From Octopus vulgaris (Eukaryota), in assembly GCA_951406725.2 (NCBI GenBank), contig OX597834.1, positions 17,360,001 to 17,424,000 of the forward strand: 64,000 bases of DNA, read 5' to 3'. Made by a program: the position numbers and the translations under genes. A model generated the notes under the pieces. The model had not been told where the DNA came from. It worked only from the letters and a program-made list of their open reading frames with translations, and did not search any database. Shown one piece after another: positions 13,801 through 26,250 of this stretch (its first letter is position 1; the number at the start of each line of letters is the position of its first letter).

Positions 13801-16800
13801 GCTGAAATACATTGCCTTTGTTGCAATTAATTTTGAAAATAATGAAAAATTTTGTAAAATAATTTTGGCATTATTAAACTGGTGTTTGGAACATAAATTT
13901 TGCTAGAAGGTCCTTAATTTCGATCCCTTTTAAACAGGAAATTTGTGCCCTGGAACTAAAGGGGTGGTCTCCGGCGAGTTGGTATAAAAGAGCCAAGGCA
14001 CACTTGCTTCCCTTCCCCCAATACTGAGTATCTCATTTACATTGTATTTGAAACTGAAACCCCATGGTTATATGATAAAGTCAAAATTGCGACTGTTGTA
14101 GTAATAGCACTCAAAACACAAATAATTGCCATTTGACCATATTTAAATATCTCAGGGGTGATGACAAACTTGGTAGTGGGATGATGGAAATTCTAGGGTG
14201 AGAAAAAGAAAATCAAACAGCATTTCAACTCTGTGTGTGTATGTAAAAGGGAGGCATGTGAATGTTTGTGTGTGTGATGGAAGTGGGATGGTAAACATTC
14301 AACGCTGAAAAGAAAAATCAAACAGCGTTTCAACTCTGTGTATTTGGTATTTACTTGCCATCTCTTGTATTTAGTCACGGCCAGCTTTATGTGGCCTTAA
14401 GTCAGACAAGAAGGAAGGAAGACTTTAAAATCCTTTTGAAGGAAACAAGCAGTCAAAGGATTTTAGTTGCGGATAGATTTTTCACAAAAATTTGGTAATA
14501 AAAGAAATATGAAACTAAAAACTTGGTTTTGTACCTTATTTATATATAAAATACTACAATTAGCCATCACTTTTGACGGCACGGGGTCCAGCTGGTGTAA
14601 TATAGGTTGTGATGTGTGTCTTTTTATTTTCTATTCCACAGATTAGCTGTAACGGCAATGAAACAACTTCATCCAGATGTAATTGCTAACATTCAGTCAA
14701 AGACACTATTTAGTAAAGGAGAAGAGACTCTTTTAGGCAAAGTAACCTCGGTAAGTTACAATGGCACGGAGTCAGAAGTATCAGAAGTAACCTTCATTAG
14801 ACTTCCACACTAGTGACCAACTGAGTGTATGGATATTATCCTGTCCTCTCATTCTTGGTCTACCACTAGGTCCCCTGGTGGTTTATTCAGCTTGCAATTC
14901 TTCCCTGCAACATTCTAATGATATGCCCTTAGTACCAGAGCTGTAACCTTTCAATGCAAAATAGCAGCTCAACGTGGAGGTACTCCCTGACTCTCAGCTA
15001 TAAACCAGAGGAATCCTATTCTACTCACTTGTATTAGCAATTGTACTCTTTCAGTCATTACCCAACATTCATGCCTTGATAAAAAAAAAAAAAACAATTA
15101 GCTTTGTACCTAATGAAATGGTAGAATCTTTAGATGATTGGAAAATACTTTGTCGTATTTGCTCCATCTCTTTGCATTTGACTTTTATCTTTCATTTCCC
15201 TATGGTCAATAAAATTAGATACCAGTCACATACTGGGGTTGGTGGCATTGACCCTTTCAAAATTGCTGGCCTTATGCTTATGTTAGAAACAATTATTTGA
15301 GAAATGAGCCCCACAGGGTAGGGCAGCTGTTGCAGTGAGTGTCACTGGCCATTCTCCATGGCAACACTATCTCAGTCATGTCTACAAGGTGTGGCTGAAC
15401 ACACCATTTATTCTGGGGTGTGCTCCTTCCCCCACATCTGCTGCTCAGTCCCCCCCCCCGCCTTTATTTTTCCTTTTCTTTGTTTCCTTGTAATTAAATT
15501 GTGATTCAATCTATGTTAATAAAAAAATAATTGCAAACCATTAAAAAAAGGCAAAAACTATTGTTGTTGTAATTATCGTTTGTCATAATTTCCAAAATGG
15601 TAAAATTTATCTTCCTTTCTTCCTCCAGACGAGTCAACCAACTTTAGAGATTTTTCAGGATCTACTTAGTAAATACCGAGATGTATTTCACTCTTCTCGG
15701 ATCGCAAAAGGTTTACAGAATCATTGGGTTTTGATGAAACAGTATCACTTATTACCAGATCAATCAGGTAAATTGCTTTCTTTAATTATATCAACAAACT
15801 GCTGCCAAAATAGTATTTTTTTCCTTTAACCCTTTCATTACTGTATTTATTTTGAGATTCTCTATTTTTCTCTCAATTATTTTAAATATAACAAAGAATT
15901 TAGTAAAATAACTTAGTTATCATTAAGTTAGTGTTAGGAACGTTAATTGTGACTAAGGTTTGGTGGAAGATTTTAATTCAAAACTTATGAAAACAAGACA
16001 TTTGTACTACAGAGCTAGGGCCGGTTTCACCCGGCTTAGTAACGAAAGGGTTAAATATTTTTACTTCTAAATTATTGTTTTCGATGTACTCAACATTATT
16101 TGCGTACAACTCTTGAAATGTTTCTTTTATTTGTCTTGTAATTAATTTTATTAGTTCTGTTATGTCACTGAAGACTTTGTTCTTGAAATCCTCTTACTAA
16201 TAAATGGTTTTAAACCCTTTAGCATTCAGATTTCCTCTCTCTCTCTCACTGGGTAACCATGTACTTCCTCTATAGCAAGGCACCTATTTCTGCCTCTCTG
16301 TTTCTCTGTTACACTCTAACCTTTCACCATTTCACACTGGATCACCTCCCCTAATGCCTCCTCTGTTGTGACAAGACACCTACTTCTGTCTCTATCTGTG
16401 TCTCACACACCTACCTTTCATCTTCTGACACAAGTTCCCCTCCTCAAATACCCTGCCCCTCTCATAATTCCTTGTCTTGTGAGTTACTCGGTGACCCTGC
16501 CAGTGCTGGTGCCATGTTAAAAGCATCCAGTCCACACTGTAACGTGGTTGGCATTTGGAAGGGCATCCAGCTGTAAAAATCATACCAAAATCATAACCTC
16601 ACCTGTACTAGTGCCACGTAAAAGCACTGAGTCCACTCTGTGGAGTGGTTGGTGGTAGGAAGGGCATCCAGCCGTAAAATCCCTGCCAAAACAGACACAG
16701 TAGTCTCGGGTAGTTTATCTACCTGGCTGGCTCCTATTATCCATCCTAGCCATGTACGCATGGAAGATGGGCGTTAAACAATGGTGATGATCATGATTAT

Positions 16801-19800
16801 TCCCTCAAATGTAATGCTTTTTCCCTCACATTGTGGTTGGCGTTAGGAAGGGCATCCAGCCGTAGAAACACTGCCAGATCAGATTGGGCCTGATGCAGCC
16901 TTCTGGCTTCACAGACCCCAGTTGAACCGTCCAACCCATGCTAGCATGGAAAGCGGATGCTAAATGATGATGATGTATTAACTTGTAGCTTCAAAATTTT
17001 GATGATGTGATTGCATATTTCTAAAATGGCATTGAAGGGTGGGTGCGATGGGCTGGATATGGCTGGTTAGAACATACAACAAGTAGCATATACATTCATA
17101 ACATGCATACATATGTACATTCTGTACACACACACACACTTATTTATGGGTGTTTTTATTTCCTTCTATAGTTCAGCCTATGCCACGAGGAGACCACGTT
17201 TTAAATTTCTCTGATGTCGAAGATATGATGGATGATGATGCTCTACAGTAAGTTATTCATTTCTTTCTATGCTATATTCCTTAGAGACTTAAAGCTATAT
17301 AGATGGATAGGACAAGAGAGCACCAGACTAGATATTTCACTGCCTCAAGCTTTGGTCCTCTCCATTCTGACAGTCAAAATCTGACTTTGCTTAGCCAAAT
17401 GTTTACCTATTTCTTTATTACCCACAAGGGGCTAAACACAGAGGGGACAAACAAGGACAGACATAGGTATTAAGTCGATTACATCGACCCCAGTTCGTAA
17501 CTGGTACTTTATTTATCAACCCCGAAAGGATGAAAGGCAAAGTCGACCTCGGCAGAATTTGAACTCACAACGTAACGCAGACGAAATACCGCTTAGCATT
17601 TCGCCCGGCGTGCTAACGTTTCTGCCAGCTCGCTGCCTTAGCCAAATGTTTACCATTAATGTATTTGTTGGCTGGGGTTTGATTTCTCTTGTACCAAAAG
17701 AAATCAATATTTCCTTGGTACCTGTCTGCATGCAGACTGAATGGAAATTCCACACCAACATCTACAACTAAAAGCTAAATGTATCATTTATTATTGACTG
17801 AATATGAGGTGATTAGTGAGAAAGCCTGCTGTCTATAAACACTGCTTAACATATGGACATATATCGTAGGAATCCCCATATGTTTGCACCAAACTCTCAT
17901 TTTTAATATTCTGTACATTCTTTCTAATCCCAAATGAAAGAATTGAGGATGCTATAAGTCTTGCTGGTTTAACCTGCACTTAACTTTAATCTAAAGCAAT
18001 AGTAATATGTGATTTATAGGGGCTAAATTCCAGAGAGTCATGCTGGTTATGGAAAGCAAACGTTAAACAATGATGATGATGATGTCTTGAATGGCAGAAC
18101 AATGCAGAGTTGACTATAATAGCTGTTGTAATTTAATTATCCATAGTCTAATGTAATATTTTAAAATACAAAAATTTCTTCTTCAGATATCGCTAGGAAT
18201 TGATCAAGTCACTGCTAATATCTTTAGGAAGCGTGTGGTGTGGGTCCCCTTGTCCTCTGTCCTGCTGCACTTGCTCTGGATACGTGCAAGTTCATTTCTG
18301 GCGTATCCTATTTTGGCACCAAGTGGAAGGGCTGAACTGTATTGAACAAATATATCTCTACTGGCTGCTTTCTTATAGAACTCAGTGTGGATCTCTCCTT
18401 CTTCCATTATTTTCAGCTGGAAGTCGAGTAGCAATAGGGATCCAGTGTTTGTTCAGTACAGTTCAGCCCTTCCTCTCGGCAGCAAAATAGCATACATCAG
18501 AAATGAACTTGCACACATCCAGAGCAAAGCAGCAGGACAGAGGACAAGGTGACCCACACCACACGCTTCCTAAAGATATTAGCAGTCACTCAATCAATTC
18601 CTAGCGATATCTGAAGAAGGAATTTTTGTATTCCAAAACATTATTATTATATCAGACAATGGATGATTAAATTATAACAGTTATTATAGTCCACTCTGCA
18701 TTGTTGTGCCATTCAAGACACGTTATATTTTACAAACAATACACAATGCTTCAAGTGAACTACAATACTCTCCTTCTACATGCACACTGTCCCCTTGTGG
18801 GCAGTACTGTCCTTGTTGAGAACCTCTAGTATAACACCTGGGTGATTGATAGACTGAATGTATTACTTGGTTTAATGCTTCCTCTTGGTTCTTGTGTACT
18901 TTTAGTGGACACAGTTCTGTTGCAAACGTTTGGGTCAGTTCTCTAATCTGATGATAACTTCATCCCTTTCTTCTATCAATTTTGCCTCGCAGGCTCATGA
19001 GTGCTGGTACCACGTAAAAAGCATCCATTTCAGGGTCACAGTGAAAAGCACCTGTGGTGGGGCCACATAGAAAAGCACCCAAACCAGTACTGCATAGGAA
19101 TGCACCTGTGCTAATGAAGAGCTCTCGTGCCAGCGTGTCATGTTAAAAGCACTTGTACCAGTTCCACATTGGGAGCACTTGTGCCAGTACCACATTAAAA
19201 GCACTCGTACCAGGAGCGTGTTGGAAGCACTTGTGCCAGTTCCACATTTGGTGCACTTGTGCCAGTTCCACATTTGGTGCACTTGTGCCAGGGTCACATT
19301 AGAAGCATTCGTACCAGGAGCACGTTAGAAGCACTTCTGCCAGTGCCACGTTAAAGGCACTCATGCCAGTTCCACATTAGGAGCACTTGTTGAAGTGCCA
19401 CATTAAAAGCACTCGTGCTGTGTCACATGAAAAGCAGCCAGTACATTCTGTGAAGTGGTTGGTGTTAGGAAGGGCATCTCACCATATAAACCATTGGAAC
19501 CTAGTCAGCTCCCCAGCTGGCCAGTTCCTGTCAAGCCATCCAACAGATGCAAGCATGGAAAGCACACATTAAATAATGTTGATGTGATGACATTTTTCTA
19601 CATTTTGTTTTTTGCATTTTCCTTTTTTTCTTTTTGTATGGGTGAGTGTTTCTTCAAGTAATTCTCACCATCCAGCCATGAAGTAAGGAGTGAAACCCAT
19701 TTTCTTTTCTCTCCAGTCAGAACAACTGGAGCATGTGGAATTAGGTGCCTTGCACAGGGGCACAAAATAACAACTGTTGTGAGATTTGTGGTTTTTAATT

Positions 19801-22800
19801 CCCCACATTATAACCCTTACATGCAATGTGTCTTTTATGAATAAATCATTCAAACTGGATATCTCTTCTAATTGCAGGGACCCAAGAGATGAAGTGCTGG
19901 AGCATGGTAAAGATTAACCCTTTTTTGTTACTCTATTTCTGTTGAAATTCACTACTTTTGTTTCGGTTAATTTCAAAAATAATGGCAAATTCAGTGTTAG
20001 ACAAGTTGGTATCAAAAGGGTTAAAATGTCTGATGTCAGATAAGTCAATGTGGAATCAGCGATGCCAAATATGAGGCACCAAAATGTCTCATATCTTGTT
20101 GGGAATTACTCTTTTACTCTTTACTCTTTTACTTGTTTCAGTCATTTGACTGCGGCCATGCTGGAGCACCGCCTTTAGTCGAGTGAATTGACCCCGGGAC
20201 ATATTCTTTGTAAGCCCAGTACTTATTCTATCGGTCTCTTTTGCCGAACCGCTAAGTGACGGAGACGTAAACACACCAGCATTGGTTGTCAAGCAATGCT
20301 AGAGGGACAAACACAGACACACAAACATATACATACATACATATATACGACAGGCTTCTTTCAGTTTCCGTCTACCAAATCCACTCACAAGGCATTGGTC
20401 GGCCCGAGGCTATAGCAGAAGACACTTGCCCAAGATGCCACACAGTGGGACTGAACCCAGAACCATGTGGTTGGTAGGCAAGCTACTTACCACACAGCCA
20501 CTCCTGTGCCTAATTACTGCAGTTGCCCTGTATAAATGAATGTAGCATGAGTTGAATGTTAAAATAATCTATCCTCTGTGTGAAAAGTCTGGCTGCATAC
20601 ACGTCAGCATATGTCAGGTGCATACAATTGACAACACAGTTAATTAAGATTTATTCAGTGAGTTCTATTCAACACATGTTTACACGTGGAATTAGCAGAA
20701 TCAATATTAACTTCAGTTTTGGCCGATAAAGTTGAACTGAAAAACCCTACAACGAGGCATGAATTGCACGAAGCCGTCTTGCAGTCTTGGGAAGAGCTAT
20801 CTGAGCGGAAAATTTGTGGATGTATTCAACATCAAACTCGTGTTTGGCATCAAATAGTTGACTGTCGTGGTGGTAACAGATTCGTGTAATAAATTTTGTG
20901 TTTATTTTCATTTCATAATATATATTTTTTTGGATGCAGCCAGACTTTTCACACAGTAGTTTATTAAAGTGTGTGTTACTGACTCAGTGAGTTACAGATC
21001 CTGCTGTATATAATAACACTTCTTAACGACAGAGAGTTGAATAACAAACTGTCACCCCTGGTGGTGTCCCTTCTTCCTCTATACAGTTTTCACAGTCTTT
21101 CTAATCCTTATTCCACTGAGACTTGTTCTCTCGCGTAGCCATGTGTGTCCAAGCCATTAACAGAACTCCTTCAAGTGTGTGTGTGTTTGTGTTAGAAGAC
21201 TGATGGAAAGTCTGTAAATGGGTGAGGTGTATATAAGAGGTAAAATAAAACGAGTAGTTAAAGTTAAAGTTAATTTTTTGGCTCAAAAAGCAAAAAGCAA
21301 AGCCATGTTGGGGAACATGGAGTTATGTACAGGGAGGGTGTTCATGCAAAGAGTTCAGGCCATTTCTGGTCAAGAGAGACTTTGAACCGAACGGTCGTTG
21401 GCATCTTCACTATCTCGTCTGGCAGCTTATTCCACGGATCCACAACCCGGACGGAGAAAGCCCCTCTCCTTCGATTGAGAGGAAATCGTCGCAGATAGAG
21501 CTTTTTGGAGTGACCCTGCACCTAACGCTCTGGAGCAGGAGTGAAGAACAGCTCTTTTGAGAGGTTACACTTTCTGCTTATGATGTTGTGAGCAAGAATG
21601 AGATCACCACAGCGTAGTCGTTTTTCTAGAGTATAAAGGTCGAGCGTCTTCAGCCTTTCTTCATAAGACAAATGCTTGAGACCAAGAACCATGCGGGTAG
21701 CCAGCTTCTGGATTCTTTCGAGATGATGTATGTCTTTGAGGAGATAAGGAGAAGAGGCTTGAATCCCGTACTCCAATATGGGTCTCACCAGCGTGAACCT
21801 TCTTCGTCAGCCCTGGGTGATGAAAAAGGTTAAACGAGTATGTAGAGAATGAGTTGTAAACTGCATCTTAGTGGCAGTGATCGTACATTGGTTAAGGTTT
21901 GCATGAGCCTGTCATGCCTACCTGTGTATGTTTGTCAGTTTACTTCTGTCTCTGTGTGTTTGTCTCAAGCTCAGTGTGTGTGTATGTCTGTGTATATCAG
22001 TTCTTATTGCATGTTTGTGTGTGTGTACATGCATGTTTATTTATTGGCTTGTGTGTGTGTGTGTGAGAGAGAGATTATGCACACGTATAGCAATGTGTTG
22101 TTTGGTGTGTATGTGTGTTGACCTCTGTGTCAAGTCTTACCTGTTTGTAACAATGAAACCCTGACCCATTTCAGAACTGGATATTGCTGATCGGCGGAAC
22201 AAAAGAGAAGTTCGGCACCTTGAACAGGAACTCCCCAAGTGGCAGGTTTTAGTAGACAGTGTCACAGGTAAATTTACCCTTCTTATTTCATAACAACAAC
22301 TAACTCACCCTTTTTCTCCATGTTTTGTTCTGTTTTATTTCCTGTTTTTTTCTCTCTTTCCACACACACATTATTCATTTACTTTAAAGGGTGGCGAGTA
22401 CTTAGTGACATTTCTTCTTGCTTTATACTCTGAGCTCGAATTCTGTCATGGTTGACTTTGCCTTTCACCGATGAAATAAGTACCAATTGAACATTGGGGT
22501 CAATGCACTCAACTAGCCTTCCCCACACAAATTTCCGCCCCTGTGCCTGTAGTATAAAATTATTGTTCATTTTCTGGTTTCTGTCATTAGACTGCATTTA
22601 AGGAGGGACACTATCTTCAAGGGTATCAGTTGATTGTATTTACTTCAGTACCATAGTCTTGTACATGTTTATCTACATCTTACAAAGCATAAAGGTAAAG
22701 CTGACCTGTATGGAATTTTAATTACAAACATAAAGAGACACGACTAAATACCACAAGGTATTTTGTCAGATGCTCTAATGTATCTTCTGATTCTAACATC

Positions 22801-23971
22801 CATTTTCTGATTGAACCCTTTAGTCTTGTTGAGGGTTTGGCAACCCCTCTGGTGCCTTTATAAAAAAGCATCCAGTATCCTCTGTAAAGTGGTTGGTAAA
22901 GTGGAAGGGTGTCCACCTGTGGAAACCAAGTCAAAACCTTTGAAACATATGAGCAAGATTAATTATTCATTGATAAGTATTGTTAATTACTCTTAATCTA
23001 GCAGAAAAGGGCAGAGTTGAATTGTAATTAGTTGACCTCAGTGTGAAATATTTAATGAATGAGTTGATGCAATAGATCAGAGTATTTCATTGATATTTAA
23101 CAAAATATTTTAAAAATCAGGACCGCCTCCCCCGCCCCCACCCCCCAACATTATCTCTGTTTTTGCATACTTTGACTAAGTCTGTTGTTGCTTATGAAGG
23201 AATTTATTGATTGTGATTGCAGGTGTAAGCCCTCCAGACTTTGATAACCAGACACTTGCTGTGCTACGAGGACGATTAGTTCGTTATTTAATGAGGTCAA
23301 AAGAGGTAAGTTTATTGACTTGCGCCGTCATTATCATTGACTGTTATCATCATTATCGTCACCAATCTTGCCATTACCCATCCTCCAGCATGTCACTGAG
23401 CAATGAAGGAGACACTTCATGAGTACCTGATCTACAGGAAATAGCAGTTAAATCCCCTCAACTTACTACTTATCAATTTAGAAAAGAACAGGTTGAATAG
23501 TTAATGTGCTCTCCCACAGCAAGACATCTGTCCCTGTCTTCCTTCCATACTTTATCATCTTATCACCTGGCATAAAGATACATCCTTCAATACTACTACT
23601 ACTACTTCGCCTGCCTTCAGTTGAAGGATCTTGTCTTCTTATGTGGCACTGGTGCCAGTGCCACATAAAAAGCACCCAGTACACCCTGTAAAGTGGCTGG
23701 CATTAGTAAAGGGCATCCAGCCAAAGGTATCCTGTCAAAGCAGACATCAGAGCTTGATGCAATCCTCTGGTTCACTGGCTCCTGTCAAACTGTCCAACCC
23801 ATGCCAGCATTAAAAAATGGTGATGATGATGATGATAACCAGTTCCATTGCTCTCCAGATTGTCCATTGCAATAACTACTAGATTTAACTTGATATTGCC
23901 ATATGCACCACTGCTGTTAAACTAGACATAATGTAAATAAATGTAAATTAAAGAGGACCAAATAAATATAG

Positions 23972-24023
<52 letters not shown>

Positions 24024-24663
24024 TGTATATGTGTATAGGACAAAATAAATATATGTGTGTGTGTATGTATATATATATATACACACACACACATATACAC
24101 ATCATATATATATATATATATAAATGATAGGCTACAGCTGTTACTGGCAAAGTCATTAAGTTGTTAGCTGAGCCATTGCAGAGTTAGTTCTACTGATGCT
24201 GTAATGTATCTTTGGTGACAGCATATAATTGTCAACAGTCTCCTCTCTGTTGACCCCCTGGTTACCTGTAAAGCGGTAGTGTGAGAAGACATTGTTCTCT
24301 GATTGCTACTTGCACCTTATTATATAATTCTCAATTACCTCGTCTCTTTAGACATCCTGGCTACCTCTGATGAGGTGTCTTTGGGGAGGACCTAGTTCTC
24401 TGATTTAGTATATCTGTGGGTCAGTGTCTTTTTTAGATACTCTCTCTTTACTCTTTTACTTGTTTCAGTCATTTGACTGTGGCCATGCTGGAGCACCGCC
24501 TTTAATCGAGCAACTCGACCCCGGGACTTATTCTTTTGTAAGCCCAGTACTTATTCTATCGGTCTCTTTTGCCGAACCGCTAAGTAACGGGGACATAAAC
24601 ACACCAGCATCGGTTGTCAAGCAATGCTAGGGGGACAAACACACAGACACACAAACACACACA

Positions 24664-24719
<56 letters not shown>

Positions 24720-26219
24720 TACGACAGGCTTCTTTCAGTTTCCGTCTACCAAATCCACTCAGAAGGCTTTGGTCAGCCCGAGGTTATAGTAGAAGACACT
24801 TGCCCTAGGTGCCACGCAGTGGGACTGAACCCGGAACCATGTGGTTGGTAAACAAGCTACTTACCACACAGCCACTCCATCAAGTGAGGGTGTATGGCCT
24901 AGTAGTTGTTAGTGTGTTGCAGACATGATCACAAGGTCATGGTTTTGCTTCTTGGACCATGTGTTGTGTTTTTGAGCAAAATGCTTCATTTCATGTTGTT
25001 CTGCAGTCACTTTGATATCTGACATGTAGCCCACCCTTCATCTGTACAGGCATTGTCTGTTTGATGAGGAGGGTGTGAGCTCACATATAACACAAAACAT
25101 TTGATCTTTATCAACAAATCACCTGTGCAGGTTGTTCAATAAGAAGTTGCAAAATCTTCCCCCGTTGTCTACAACAGGAGCTGAAAACCAGTACATCTTA
25201 GGACTACATTATCCAGTGTAGTTTTCCTTTTTTGTTTCTAACAGCAAGGTTTGAGTTGAAGGAGAGTTGGCTGTTATTTTCTGCGAAGTGGACAACTTTG
25301 TAGACGCTTCCCCATTGTGTAGTGTAACGCTATGAATGGACGCAATATTTATATGGTGGGAAGGCACAGCTCTCTGATTCCTACTGGCATTATGGAAGTA
25401 TCATTGGTAACAGCACATAATTCTAAGTCTTCCGGTTTATGCAGACCTACTTACATACCTGCAAAGGGCATAAGTTTCCTTTAGAGGTGATAGGAAATCT
25501 GTGTAACTGGTGAGGATTTTGTTAGGTTGCTATGAATACTGAATGTTACGTGCCGGGCGAAATGCCTAGCGGTATTTCGTCTGTCGTTACGTTCTGAGTT
25601 CAAATTCCGCCGAGGTCGACTTTGCCTTTCATCCTTTCGGGGTCGATAAATTAAGTACCAGTTTCGCACTGGGGTCGATGTAATCGACTTAATCCCTTTG
25701 TCCTCGTTTGTCCCCTCTATGTTTAGCCCCTTGTGGGCAGTAAAGAAATTGCTATGAATACTGAACAACCAAATCTGATATGATTTAGTGATTAGAGTGT
25801 TTAGTTCATGATCTGAAAGTTGTGAGTTCTATCCCTGGGTCAGGCAGTGCATCTGTTTTCTTGAATAATGCACTTTATATTGCTCCAGCCTTTCCAGCTG
25901 TAAAAAAAGTACAACCCAGGTACTGGTGCAACTATGGCAGTGTGTCAAGAGTTCAAATATATTTCAAAGGCCATCAGAAAATTAATAATGGCAGTAAGAC
26001 GTCACCAGCAGTCGTGGTAATGGGGGTGATTTGTGTGTGTGTGTGTGTTTGTGTAAGAGAGCAAGAGAAAGAGAGAGAGAGGGGGTTGAAATGCACACAT
26101 CAGTTGAGGTTGTTATTGATGGATGTTAATTTTGCAGCTTGTACAGATGTTGTCTTGTCCATGTTCCACATGGAAAAATAAATATTAAAATGAGCGATAA
26201 TTTATGGAATATATATATA

Positions 26220-26250
<31 letters not shown>

